From contig OY760142.1 of NCBI GenBank assembly GCA_963663225.1, positions 2,528,001-2,592,000 on the forward strand: a stretch of 64,000 bases of DNA. Direction: 5' to 3'. Both the position numbers and the translations under genes were made by a program. Shown here piece by piece: positions 38,922 to 48,948 of this stretch. This stretch comes from Nitrospirota bacterium (lineage in GTDB: Bacteria > Nitrospirota > UBA9217). Each line of letters opens with the position of its first letter. Within the stretch, counting starts at the first letter, position 1. The notes beneath the pieces are model-generated. The model worked only from the letters and a program-made list of their open reading frames with translations, did no database searches and was not told the origin of the DNA.

Positions 38922-40103
38922 TCAAGAGGTGCAAAGCCTATTCCGTCCGCCCTGCTTTGCTTTATAGAGCGCGGCATCTGCGCGGTTTAATACTGTTTCT
39001 ATTTGCTGGTCCTGCGGTTGGAGCGTGGAAACGCCGAGAGAAATTGTGATGCGCAGCGTTGCGGCTGCAATTTGAAAATCAATTTGTTCAACGGATGGCC
39101 GTAAACGCTCGGCAATGTTTAATCCGCTGTCCAGGCCGGTTTCGGGCAATAACGCAGCGAATTCATCGCCCCCCAGTCTGCCAAAACTGTCCATGCTGCG
39201 CAAGTTTTTGCGGCAGACCGAAGCTACCGTAGTCAGAATCTGGTCACCGGTTGCATGACCATGAAGATCGTTAATTTGCTTGAAATTATCGACATCGATC
39301 ATACATACGGTCAGGGGGTGATTCAGGCGTCGCGCGCGTTGAAATTCGCTCTCGCAAACTTCGGAAAAATGACGATTATTGGACACGCCGGTCAGAAAAT
39401 CCGTGCGGGCCAAGTGCTGTAATTCAACTTGTGCCTTTCTTAATTCCAGTTCCATTCTCTCGCTGTTGAGCAAAACGAAGCTCAACGTCCATGTTAATCC
39501 AAGAAGAAGCGAAGACAGATAAAAAACTGTCTGGAGTTCGTTGGTCATAAAAATACTATGTATTTCCGGGGTTACATGGCTGATCAGGGCACGAGCAGTC
39601 AAAATAAGAGCGTAAAGCGTGAGCAAGGTACTCGTAAACCATGAGGTAGACCTTAGTTCTTCGGAAGTGCCCAGAAGCAATTCAAAAGCGCACCGAAAAT
39701 ACATTGCCGCAGCAAATATCGAATAGATAATAATACGGGTTTCAAGCCGATTGTTCACATAGGTAAAATAGGCCAGGATTGCCATTATGACGGCAAGAGC
39801 GGCAATATTGAACGTCCACTGGGCATGATCTCCGTGAAAACGACGGATGCCTTCAAAAATGCATACAGTGGCTCCGAGAAGAAGCAGGTTCGAAAGCAGA
39901 ATGGTTACGTAGTCCGGGAGTATGTCGCGCAAAGAGAATAAAAAAAACCCCGTCGTATGCAGTGCAGTGCTTGCAGCCCATAAACCGAACCCGGAATAGG
40001 TTTTGCGTGTTCGCCAAAGCAGGAGCATGAGCAGGCTGATTAGTACAGAAACAGCTATCAGGACGACCGCTAGGGTGCGAGTGTCAAGTGTGAATGTCTG
40101 CAT
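38922..40103 (-). CDS. Membrane-bound diguanylate cyclase
   Basis: About 7 N-terminal TM helices; TDFLTG, DVDNFKQIND.HGH, RSMD I-site, GGDEF. Confidence 0.92.
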   Translation of the reverse strand: MQTFTLDTRTLAVVLIAVSVLISLLMLLLWRTRKTYSGFGLWAASTALHTTGFFLFSLRDILPDYVTILLSNLLLLGATVCIFEGIRRFHGDHAQWTFNIAALAVIMAILAYFTYVNNRLETRIIIYSIFAAAMYFRCAFELLLGTSEELRSTSWFTSTLLTLYALILTARALISHVTPEIHSIFMTNELQTVFYLSSLLLGLTWTLSFVLLNSERMELELRKAQVELQHLARTDFLTGVSNNRHFSEVCESEFQRARRLNHPLTVCMIDVDNFKQINDLHGHATGDQILTTVASVCRKNLRSMDSFGRLGGDEFAALLPETGLDSGLNIAERLRPSVEQIDFQIAAATLRITISLGVSTLQPQDQQIETVLNRADAALYKAKQGGRNRLCTS

Positions 40104-40141
40104 AGTGAGGTCAATTGAAACTTTATAGCTACTGTTTTTTT

Positions 40142-40170
40142 ATTTTATAGAAACAGGCTTTTATTGTCAA
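40142..40170 (-). promoter_or_regulatory. sigma70-type promoter of the membrane DGC gene
   Basis: Minus strand TTGACA-17 nt-TAAAAT. Confidence 0.65.
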
Positions 40171-40251
40171 TAAATAAAGTTATTGTACGCAGGATGGATA
40201 AATGTACGACCGATGCGCAGTGGTTCACAAAGCTTGACAGTGGAGGCTTTT

Positions 40252-41778
40252 ATGAAACAAAGCACCGTATCACTTCATTATTCTGACACAAAAAGGTTTT
40301 TGTATCAAAATATTCATCCGAATGGTTGGAAGAATCCGGAACCTGCGCCACGATATAACCTGGTTGTTATCGGCGCCGGTACGGCAGGCCTTGTTACGGC
40401 AGCGGGTGCAGCCGGGCTCGGCGCCAAAGTGGCGCTCATTGAACGGCGTTTTATCGGTGGCGATTGCTTGAACAGCGGATGCGTTCCTTCAAAAGCTTTT
40501 TTAAAAAGTGCATATGCCGCCTATGAAGTGAGAACGAGTGGGAAATTCGGCATCTTTGGCACTAAAAACAGCGCTGTTCATTTCGGCAGGATCATGAACA
40601 GAGTCGACAGTATAAAAGCAAAAATCAGTATTCATGATTCTGCAGAGCGCTTCAGTAAAAACTTTGGAGTGGATGTCTTTTTCGGAGAGGGGAAATTTAC
40701 CGCTGCAGATTCCATTCTTGTAGATAGGAAGCTGCTTCGCTTTAAAAAAGCCGCGATCTGTACTGGTGCCCGCGCTGCAGTGCCATCGATTCCCGGAATT
40801 GAGACATCGGGGTATCATACAAACGAAACAGTGTTTCAACTCAAAGAAAAACCCAGAAGATTGGTAGTGATTGGAGGCGGACCGTTAGGATGTGAGCTCG
40901 CACAAGGGTTCGCTCGCATAGGAAGTCAGGTGACAATCATCCAACATGGCGAACACCTCCTTCCGCGGGAAGATACCGACGCCTCGCATTTCATCCATCG
41001 ATCTTTAACGCGGGATGGCATAAAAATACACCTGCTGGCACAGATTGAAAGAATCACAACAAAAGGAAAGATTAAAACACTCACCATTCTTAAGAGCGGC
41101 AAAAGAAGCGAGTTATTTGCGGATGAACTATTGGTCGGCGTCGGCAGAATCCCGAATGTGGAAGGGCTCAATCTTGAAGCAGCGAATATAGTATATGACC
41201 TGCAAGCAGGCGTACAGGTGAGTGATTATCTGCAGACATCGAATCAGAATGTTTATGCGGCGGGTGATGTCTGCTCGGACTATAAATTCACTCACGCTGC
41301 GGAAGAAATGGCTCGAATTGTGATTTCAAATTCATTGTTTATGACTCGGCGGAAAAGAAATCCTTTAATCATCCCACGGTGCACTTACACGGATCCGGAA
41401 ATAGCCCATATCGGAATGTCAGCAGAAGAAGCGAGAGGGAAGGGTTTCGATGTTTCCACGTTGACCGTGCCTTTTGCGGATGTTGATCGGACTATAATTG
41501 AGGGAGATACTGAAGGATTCGTACGGGTTCACCTGAAGAGCAGGAGTGATACGTTGCTCGGTGGAACGATTGTTGCGCGTCATGCGGGCGAAATGATTAA
41601 TGAACTTTCCTTTGCAATGGCTAATCGGCTGGGGTTGGCCGCAATTGGGAAAACGGTTCACCCGTATCCGACGCGCTCAGAAGTGCTTAAAAAAGTAGCT
41701 GATGCATATTACAAAACCCGACTCACGCCCGGCATCAAAAAACTTTTTGCCGTCTGGCTTAAATGGCAGCGTGCATAA
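40252..41778 (+). CDS. FAD-dependent pyridine nucleotide-disulfide oxidoreductase (MerA/LpdA-like, not a true MerA)
   Basis: GAGTAG, GGDCLNSGCVPSK redox disulfide, GGGPLG, AAGD, HPYPT; no C-terminal Cys-Cys; GGAGG RBS before ATG 40252. Confidence 0.85.
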   Translation: MKQSTVSLHYSDTKRFLYQNIHPNGWKNPEPAPRYNLVVIGAGTAGLVTAAGAAGLGAKVALIERRFIGGDCLNSGCVPSKAFLKSAYAAYEVRTSGKFGIFGTKNSAVHFGRIMNRVDSIKAKISIHDSAERFSKNFGVDVFFGEGKFTAADSILVDRKLLRFKKAAICTGARAAVPSIPGIETSGYHTNETVFQLKEKPRRLVVIGGGPLGCELAQGFARIGSQVTIIQHGEHLLPREDTDASHFIHRSLTRDGIKIHLLAQIERITTKGKIKTLTILKSGKRSELFADELLVGVGRIPNVEGLNLEAANIVYDLQAGVQVSDYLQTSNQNVYAAGDVCSDYKFTHAAEEMARIVISNSLFMTRRKRNPLIIPRCTYTDPEIAHIGMSAEEARGKGFDVSTLTVPFADVDRTIIEGDTEGFVRVHLKSRSDTLLGGTIVARHAGEMINELSFAMANRLGLAAIGKTVHPYPTRSEVLKKVADAYYKTRLTPGIKKLFAVWLKWQRA

Positions 41779-41884
41779 ATATTCTCGTCCGAACGGCACT
41801 TTTACTCTGGATTGGACGTTATAGATTCATTGGCAAGGCTTTGTTAAACTGCTTGCATTCGATAAATAAGCATGCTGTCTATAG

Positions 41885-41920
41885 CAATACAATACAATAC
41901 AATACAAGACAAGACAAGAC
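41885..41920. repeat. Compound pentanucleotide tandem repeat (CAATA)4(CAAGA)3
   Basis: caatacaatacaatacaatacaagacaagacaagac read directly. Confidence 0.9.
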
Positions 41921-42147
41921 GAACGCTACGATGAGCAACAGCTAAAATAAAAAGACAACAAGAAAATCAAACAAGAGACCTAAACCGGTATTTTCTGGAA
42001 CACGGTCCTTTCTTGCCGAATGCAGATGACCGATACGCGATTACATCGCGTATCATTGCGTTGATCCTCCGGATGATGTCGTCAAACCAGAAAAAAGCGA
42101 CACCATTGTGCGTACACGGTTTTTTGTTTCAAGAAAGGTTAATAATA

Positions 42148-42336
42148 ATGTGTGACTTAAATGCATTTGTGATAAAGTGCGGCCGTGAAGAACTTCTTTT
42201 TGAATCAGTGAATAGTGTTGTTGTGAAAGACGGCGTAGTGGCAATGCGGAACCTTTTTGGAGAAGAGATAAAGGTTTGCGGGGAAATACGTGAGGTTTCA
42301 CTTTTAAAAAATCGGATTATTATCGGACAGAATTAA
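42148..42336 (+). CDS. CooT family small nickel-binding protein
   Basis: 62 aa, MC..NAF.....EEL..E.V.......NLFGE......I..VSL..N.III; AAGG RBS before ATG 42148. Confidence 0.72.
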   Translation: MCDLNAFVIKCGREELLFESVNSVVVKDGVVAMRNLFGEEIKVCGEIREVSLLKNRIIIGQN

Positions 42337-43412
42337 TCGGGCGCTGAGCAATTTTTTTCCAGTTTGAGAATGAAATGCGCTTGGTTCTTTTTTTCTGCAT
42401 TGATTTCGCCACCGTGAAACATAGTTTCATCTTGGTTTCTGCACTTGATTATCTGCTTAATTTGAACCGTGCGGAGAGCGAACTCTTTTTTTAATGTTGC
42501 GATATTGGAACGATGCTGTCCGATTGCTGCGGATACGTGATGAGATTCCACCCAAAATACTGCTGTATCGCTGTTTTCTCTCGTTTCCTGCAAGGCCGAT
42601 CGCATCTTATCTAAAAAAATTGAAGACTCAACAAGCTGTCTGAACGCGGGATGATACGGACCTGCGACGATCGTGCCGGGTTCCTCCAACTCCTCGGTAG
42701 GTTGTATTCCCACCCGAGATACGTTGATTTCTGCCCGTTGAAATCTAATCAAAGCTGTTTTACACATGCGAACTGCATCCACAAGGGAGGCGGGTCGGTA
42801 TTTCCCGTCATTATAAAGTTGTTCGAGAATGGTGTCTTTTATCACAAGAAGAGGGTACAGACGAACAAAATCGGGTTTTAGCGCGATGATCAAATCTATT
42901 GTCTTTAAAAAACGCTCAGGAGAATCGCCCGGCAGGCCAAGCATCACCTGAAGGCCAATGCTCATGTTAAGCTCTTTTAGAATTTTTACAGAATCTATTG
43001 TGTCAACGGCAGTGTGACCACGTCCTGCAAGGAGAAGAACGCTGTCATCCATGGATTGCACACCCAGCTCAATTGTGCAAACATGGTGCTGCTGCAGAAA
43101 CCTGACCCCAGATCGGGTTATACAATCCGGCCTGGTAGACAGTGAAATTCCCTGCACCGCACCGGCATGGATAAATGGCTGGACAGCCTTCAAATATGCA
43201 TCTTGATCTTCACAAGGCAGAGCCGTAAAACTTCCTCCATAAAATGCGACATATACAGGGCCGTTCTTTTTTCGTGTGCTGAGATATTTTTTTATTGTAT
43301 CGGGTATGGATGTTTGGCCGCTTGACTTTGCCTGGCCAATGATTCTATTCTGGTTGCAGAAAATGCATTGATGGCGGCAGCCTGAGTGAGGTATGAAAAA
43401 AGGGATGATCAT
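42333..43412 (-). CDS. Radical SAM protein (Elp3/YhcC-like, rnc-associated)
   Basis: GCRHQCIFCNQ, AFYGGSFT, STRPD, IELGVQS, GPYHPAF. Confidence 0.88.
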   Translation of the reverse strand: MIIPFFIPHSGCRHQCIFCNQNRIIGQAKSSGQTSIPDTIKKYLSTRKKNGPVYVAFYGGSFTALPCEDQDAYLKAVQPFIHAGAVQGISLSTRPDCITRSGVRFLQQHHVCTIELGVQSMDDSVLLLAGRGHTAVDTIDSVKILKELNMSIGLQVMLGLPGDSPERFLKTIDLIIALKPDFVRLYPLLVIKDTILEQLYNDGKYRPASLVDAVRMCKTALIRFQRAEINVSRVGIQPTEELEEPGTIVAGPYHPAFRQLVESSIFLDKMRSALQETRENSDTAVFWVESHHVSAAIGQHRSNIATLKKEFALRTVQIKQIIKCRNQDETMFHGGEINAEKKNQAHFILKLEKNCSAPD

Positions 43413-43437
43413 GTAGCCGAAAAGAATGCTTCATGCT

Positions 43438-44166
43438 TTAAGAGTTTTTGTTGCCTGTTTCTGCTGATTTATCAGAACGGACAGCGCCGGAAAAACTGAT
43501 AAAGGCTTCTTTGGCCGCGCACTGTTCAGCTTCTTTTTTGCTTTTTCCCGATCCCCGGCCAAAAAAAACATTTTGAATAAAAATTTCCACTTCAAAACGT
43601 TTCCGGTGCTCCGGACCTATTTCAGAAACGATACGGTATTCGGGCAGTTGCTTCAACCGTATTTGGCAGAGTTCCTGGAGTGCCGTTTTATAGTCAAGAA
43701 TGGTTGAAGTGACGGATATTTTTTTTATTATATCACTGAAGGCCCGGAGAAAGAACGGTTTGCAAGCTTCCATGCCTGCGTCAAGATAGACGGCTGCGGT
43801 AAGGGCTTCAAGGCTGTTTGCGAGGAGTGAACCTTTTTCCCGGCCACCGGTCAGCTCTTCTCCTCTGCCGAGCAGAAGAAAGTCTCCGAGATTAAGTTTC
43901 CGTGCGACTGCTGCAAGTGACTGTTCGTTTACAACAGCTGCTCGAAATTTAGAAAGATCGCCTTCCTGTGCAGCGGGGCAGAGTATCATGAGGTATTCGC
44001 TCACGATGAGATTGAGAACGGCATCACCAAGAAACTCCATCCGTTCGTTGTGGGTGGAAGCTTTATTTTCGTTAGCGTAGGATTTATGCGTGAGAGCTCG
44101 CTTGAGAAGATCAATATCTTTGAAAAAATACGATATCTCTTGCTGGATACCCTCGCAACCGCGCAT
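43438..44166 (-). CDS. rnc: Ribonuclease III
   Basis: ALTHKS, NERMEFLGDAVL, DYKTALQE dsRBD, GKSKKEAEQ; ATG 44166 abuts the fabF stop. Confidence 0.95.
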   Translation of the reverse strand: MRGCEGIQQEISYFFKDIDLLKRALTHKSYANENKASTHNERMEFLGDAVLNLIVSEYLMILCPAAQEGDLSKFRAAVVNEQSLAAVARKLNLGDFLLLGRGEELTGGREKGSLLANSLEALTAAVYLDAGMEACKPFFLRAFSDIIKKISVTSTILDYKTALQELCQIRLKQLPEYRIVSEIGPEHRKRFEVEIFIQNVFFGRGSGKSKKEAEQCAAKEAFISFSGAVRSDKSAETGNKNS

Positions 44167-44167
44167 T

Positions 44168-45406
44168 TTAAGGCCTGAATTTCTTGAACACCACGCAGGC
44201 ATTCGTGCCGCCGAATCCGAAGGAGTTGGACATGGCGACATGTACTTGCGCTTCCCGTGCTTTTCCGGGAATATAATCAAGGTCGCACTCGGGATCCGGG
44301 TTTTCAAGGTTAATGGTCGGCGGAAGTATTCCACGATTGAGGGCCAAGACGGAAATTACTGCCTCCACACCTCCGGCTGCGCCGAGCAAATGACCTGTCA
44401 TGGATTTTGTGGAACTTACCGCTATTTTATAGGCATGATCGCCAAATACCGTTTTTATAGCGGCCGTTTCATTTTCGTCGTTAAATTTTGTGGAAGTACC
44501 ATGGGCATTAATGTATTCCATTTCACCGGGCGTAACACGGGCGTCATGAATTGCCATTTTCATGCATCGGGCAGCGCCTTCCCCGTTCGGGGCGGGTGAT
44601 GTCATATGATATGCATCTCCGGTCATACCATAGCCAACAATTTCTGCCAAAATGACGGCGCCGCGTTTCCGGGCATGTTCCAAATCTTCAAGGATCATAA
44701 CTCCCGACCCTTCACCCATGACAAAACCATCGCGTTCAGCGTCGAAGGGGCGGCTGGCTCGTTGTGGTTCGTTGTTTCTGGTTGAGAGGGCCTTCATGGC
44801 GTTGAAACCGCCGACTCCGAGAGGGCAGATGCAGGATTCCGTGCCACCGGCCATCATGGCAAGAGCATCACCGCGTTGGATGATTTTAAACGCATCTCCG
44901 ATGGAGTGAGTCCCTGTTGCGCATGCGGTGACCACACAAGAGTTTGGTCCTTTCATGCCATAGCGGATGGAAATCTGGCCGGACGCCAGATTAACAATCA
45001 GCATGGGAATGAAAAAAGGGGATATTTTGCGATGGCCGCTCGCAAGATATATTTTGTGGTATTTTTCTATGGCGGGCAGTCCACCCATTCCGGAACTCAC
45101 CAGGACGCCTATATGTTCGGCATTTTCTTGCGTGACGGTAAGACCGGATTGATCCATAGCCATTTGACTCGCCGCAATTGCAAGATGTATAAAACGGTCC
45201 ATTTTTTTGATTTCTTTTGCATCAATGTACGCGTTTGGATCGAAGCCGTGTATTTCTCCTGCAATCTGTGTCGGGATGGTTTTGTCGTCGAATTGAGTAA
45301 TCGGGCCGATTCCCGATTTGCCTGAAATCAGACCTTCCCAAGACTTTTCGGTGTCCAAGCCAACAGGGGTTACCATCCCAACGCCGGTGACCACAACTCT
45401 TCTCAT
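44168..45406 (-). CDS. fabF: 3-oxoacyl-ACP synthase II
   Basis: [40 protein letters not shown]. Confidence 0.97.
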   Translation of the reverse strand: MRRVVVTGVGMVTPVGLDTEKSWEGLISGKSGIGPITQFDDKTIPTQIAGEIHGFDPNAYIDAKEIKKMDRFIHLAIAASQMAMDQSGLTVTQENAEHIGVLVSSGMGGLPAIEKYHKIYLASGHRKISPFFIPMLIVNLASGQISIRYGMKGPNSCVVTACATGTHSIGDAFKIIQRGDALAMMAGGTESCICPLGVGGFNAMKALSTRNNEPQRASRPFDAERDGFVMGEGSGVMILEDLEHARKRGAVILAEIVGYGMTGDAYHMTSPAPNGEGAARCMKMAIHDARVTPGEMEYINAHGTSTKFNDENETAAIKTVFGDHAYKIAVSSTKSMTGHLLGAAGGVEAVISVLALNRGILPPTINLENPDPECDLDYIPGKAREAQVHVAMSNSFGFGGTNACVVFKKFRP

Positions 45407-45499
45407 CAAATGAATGTACCTCCTGCCTCATCCTATGTAAAGCCAGAAGCATTATCACTTCACAGCGGTATTGAAGGATTCTTCTGGGTTTTGATTTTC

Positions 45500-45540
45500 A
45501 AAAAGAGATGCGGCATATAACTGCAACCGCATCTCTTTTT
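45500..45540 (-). terminator. Hairpin/terminator after acpP
   Basis: 14-bp stem AAAAAGAGATGCGG / CCGCATCTCTTTTT. Confidence 0.75.
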
Positions 45541-45552
45541 CAGAAAGGAAAC

Positions 45553-45855
<303 letters not shown>

Positions 45856-45859
45856 TTAA

Positions 45860-46600
45860 TTACATATACATTCCGCCGTTAACATGAATTACCTGGCCTG
45901 TAATGTAGGAAGCCAACGGTGACGCAAGGAAGCGAACAGCATTTGCGACATCCTCTGGTGTGCCGAGCTTGCCCATGGGAATTTGCTTTGCCAGCTCTTC
46001 TTTTACGGTGTCGGAAAGCGATTGGGTCATGGCTGTATCAATAAATCCGGGTGCAACAGCGTTTGCCGTGATTCCACGATTGGCGTATTCCCTTGCAATG
46101 GTTTTGGTAAGACCGATAAGACCTGCCTTAGAGGCCACATAATTAGCCTGTCCTGCATTGCCCATAGCCCCCACAATTGAAGCGATATTGATAATGGTGC
46201 CGCTTCGTTGTTTCGTCATATGTTTCAGGGCTGCTTTGGAGCACAGAAAAGCACCTTTCAAGTTGATGCTGAGTACAAGATCCCAATCTTCATCTTTCAT
46301 GCGCAGAATCAGCCCGTCTCTGGTAATTCCTGCGTTATTGATGAGCAGATCAATCTTGCCGAACTCCTTAATGACTTGATCGATCATGGCTGCAACTTCA
46401 TCTGCAGCAGCTACATTTGCCTTGAGCGCAAGGGATTTTCTGCCTGTAGTTTGAATATCCCCAGCGGTTTTTTGTGCCATTTCCAGATTCACGTCACAGA
46501 CTGCCACATCAGCTCCATCGGCAGCCAGTGCAAGTGCAATTTGTTTTCCGATGCCCTGCGCTGCGCCGGTCACGAGAGCAGCTTTACCGGTGAGATTCAT
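45860..46600 (-). CDS. fabG: 3-oxoacyl-ACP reductase
   Basis: TGAAQGIG, NNAGITRD, GNAGQANYVASK, VNGGMYM. Confidence 0.97.
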   Translation of the reverse strand: MNLTGKAALVTGAAQGIGKQIALALAADGADVAVCDVNLEMAQKTAGDIQTTGRKSLALKANVAAADEVAAMIDQVIKEFGKIDLLINNAGITRDGLILRMKDEDWDLVLSINLKGAFLCSKAALKHMTKQRSGTIINIASIVGAMGNAGQANYVASKAGLIGLTKTIAREYANRGITANAVAPGFIDTAMTQSLSDTVKEELAKQIPMGKLGTPEDVANAVRFLASPLASYITGQVIHVNGGMYM

Positions 46601-46695
46601 TGTTTCTCCTTAAAGTGATACTTTCCTGCCGTGTTAAAAGAAGCACCCGAGAGAGCAGAGGGGTAAAATGGATACTCCCGATCTGCCTTCCGCGT

Positions 46696-47628
46696 TTAAA
46701 CACCGATAACGTTGAGCGTATCGCTCATGCTTTTTTGGTCTTCAACGTTCAGTACTTTTGCCGTTTTGGCAATACGTTTCACGAGCCCGGAAAGGACCTT
46801 GCCCGGTCCGATTTCAACAAAAGTATCATACCCATCCGCAACCATAGCGGTGATCGAGTCTTCCCAGTAAAGAGGGAAACTGATCTGTTTGACAAGAGAA
46901 TGTTTGAGTTCTGCAGCTGTACGGAGAAATAGTGCATCCGCGTTGTTTACAATAGGGATACGGAGGTCGTTGATCTTAACTCTTTCAAGCTCCTGTGCCA
47001 AACGTTCGCCCGCCTGCTTCATTAATGCGCAGTGCGAAGGAACACTTACGGCAAGAGGCATTACTTTTTTTGCCCCTCCTGCCTTGGCAAGCTCCATAGC
47101 TTTTTCCACGGCTTTTTTTTCGCCGGCGATAACAATCTGGCCTGGAGAGTTGTAATTTGCAGGGGCAACTATACCATTTTTGGCCGCTTCAAGGCAAGTT
47201 TTTTCTAGATCCTGCCGTTCCATGCCCAGAATGGCGGCCATTAATCCAGTGCCTGCCGGGACGGCCTCCTGCATAAAACGGCCGCGTTTTTGCACCAGTG
47301 AAATTGCATCGGCCAATTCAAATCCTTCAGCAGCAGTTATGGCGGTATATTCTCCCAAGCTGTGACCTGCTGCTGCAGTCGCTTGCAGTCCGCGCCGCTC
47401 GATCGGTCGTAACAGAGCAATGCTTGCCGCGAGCAATGCAGGCTGGGTATTTTCCGTGAGGTTTAATTTTTCAACCGGACCATGAAAACAAAGTTGTTCA
47501 AGATCATATCCGAGCACTGTACTTGCAATCTCAAAGACTTCTTTTGCTTCTTTGAAATTCTCGACGAACTCTTTTGCCATGCCGAGATACTGTGATCCCT
47601 GGCCGGGAAACATAATTGCAATTTTCAT
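46696..47628 (-). CDS. fabD: Malonyl-CoA:ACP transacylase
   Basis: FPGQGSQ, TQPA, GHSLGEY, VSVPSH, EIGPG. Confidence 0.97.
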   Translation of the reverse strand: MKIAIMFPGQGSQYLGMAKEFVENFKEAKEVFEIASTVLGYDLEQLCFHGPVEKLNLTENTQPALLAASIALLRPIERRGLQATAAAGHSLGEYTAITAAEGFELADAISLVQKRGRFMQEAVPAGTGLMAAILGMERQDLEKTCLEAAKNGIVAPANYNSPGQIVIAGEKKAVEKAMELAKAGGAKKVMPLAVSVPSHCALMKQAGERLAQELERVKINDLRIPIVNNADALFLRTAAELKHSLVKQISFPLYWEDSITAMVADGYDTFVEIGPGKVLSGLVKRIAKTAKVLNVEDQKSMSDTLNVIGV

Positions 47629-47694
47629 TGCTGACCCCTCTAAAAACCGATTACTGTGGTTGCAGAATATTTCAGATGCAAAAAAAAGAAGAAT

Positions 47695-48888
47695 TTATCC
47701 CCTCAGCTCCTTAAATTTCCTGATCATAATCGGCACGACTTCCATGACATCGCCTACAATACCATACGTTGCCACGTTAAAGATAGGGGCATGCGGGTCT
47801 TTGTTGATTGCGACGATTACATCGGATGATTGCATGCCGGCAAGGTGTTGAATGGCTCCGGATATACCGCATGCGATATACAGCTTGGGGCAAACGGTTT
47901 TACCGGTCTGGCCGACTTGGTGCGAGTAGGGTATCCATCCCTCATCTACCGCTGCTCGTGAAGCGCCCACAGCGCCGCCTATCGTTTTTGCCAGTTCTTC
48001 GAGAAGGGCAAAATTCTTCGGATCAGAAAGACCGCGGCCGCCTGATACGATAATATCGGCTTCACAGATATTCACCGTTTGTGTTATGTCTTCAATGGTT
48101 TTGGTAACCCTTGTCCGGAGGCATTGTTGTTCTTTGAAGGAAACAGGGATGATTTCTCCTTTACGCGACGAATCGGGGTCTGCTTTTTTCATTACTTTAT
48201 GCCGGACGGTTGCCACTTGCGGCCGATGATGCGGAGTGACGATGGTGGCCATGATATTTCCCCCGAACGCGGGCCGGGTCTGCAGCAGATTTCCATTTTC
48301 AGGATCAATATCGAGCGAAGTGCAGTCAGCCGTGAGTCCGGTATGCAGAGCACAGGCTACTTTGGGAATAAAGGAACGACCGATTGCGGTGGCTCCCGCG
48401 AGAATAATTTCAGGCTTGTGGAGCTTGGCCAATGTCGTGAGTATTGCGCTGTATGGATCATCGTTGAAATCTTGCAGTGCGGGATCGTCAGCGACGTATA
48501 CGGTATCAGCGCCATAAGCGATAAGATCTTTTGCCTTCTCGCCGATGTTATGGCCGATAAATACCGCGGTAAGCTTGGCGTTTCTTTTGTCAGCAAGTTT
48601 TCTGCCTTCGCCCAGAAGTTCGAGCGTCACGCTGGAGATAGAGGATTTATGCTGCTCGGCAAATACCCAAACCCCCTTGTAAGCAGAAATATCTGCTGCT
48701 ACAGCCGCCGGTTCTTCTTCAGTTCGTTCGATGGCTTTGAGCTCACAAGCGTCGACGCAGGCACCGCAAATTGTACAATTATCATTGATGAATGCTTTTC
48801 CGTCACGCATCTCGATTGCGCTGAACGGACAGCTGGATATGCAGACTTCGCAGCCCGTACATTTATCGAGAATGATTTTTATACCCAC
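47695..48888 (-). CDS. etfA: Electron transfer flavoprotein alpha with N-terminal 2x[4Fe-4S] ferredoxin domain (CarE-like)
   Basis: CTGCEVCISSCP and CTICGACVDACE; GLTADCT, RPAFGGN, GASRAAVD, QVGQTG, GISGAIQH. Confidence 0.94.
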   Translation of the reverse strand: MGIKIILDKCTGCEVCISSCPFSAIEMRDGKAFINDNCTICGACVDACELKAIERTEEEPAAVAADISAYKGVWVFAEQHKSSISSVTLELLGEGRKLADKRNAKLTAVFIGHNIGEKAKDLIAYGADTVYVADDPALQDFNDDPYSAILTTLAKLHKPEIILAGATAIGRSFIPKVACALHTGLTADCTSLDIDPENGNLLQTRPAFGGNIMATIVTPHHRPQVATVRHKVMKKADPDSSRKGEIIPVSFKEQQCLRTRVTKTIEDITQTVNICEADIIVSGGRGLSDPKNFALLEELAKTIGGAVGASRAAVDEGWIPYSHQVGQTGKTVCPKLYIACGISGAIQHLAGMQSSDVIVAINKDPHAPIFNVATYGIVGDVMEVVPIMIRKFKELRG

Positions 48889-48948
48889 TGTTGACTCCTT
48901 TTACATGCAGAACCGTGGCAGCATATTACGGCGCTGTCATCCTTAATA

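Noticed and set aside
40252-41778. Mercuric reductase merA
   Set aside because: No C-terminal Cys-Cys, no NmerA domain and no merR/T/P neighbours; the MerR-family gene at 3682 is the housekeeping ihfA-linked type
41885-41980. CRISPR array or iteron cluster
   Set aside because: Units are 5 bp with no spacers, and there are no cas or rep genes
43438-44334. N-terminally extended RNase III and other ORF-track extensions (8673, 35128, 37748, 40183, 42013)
   Set aside because: Extensions overlap upstream genes or promoters; downstream ATGs fit family lengths and, in several cases, RBS positions
48079-48894. 271-aa plus-strand ORF and similar long shadow ORFs (e.g. 25612-26298, 26564-27145, 32799-33341)
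   Set aside because: Antisense or off-frame to well-supported genes, with no motifs or RBS
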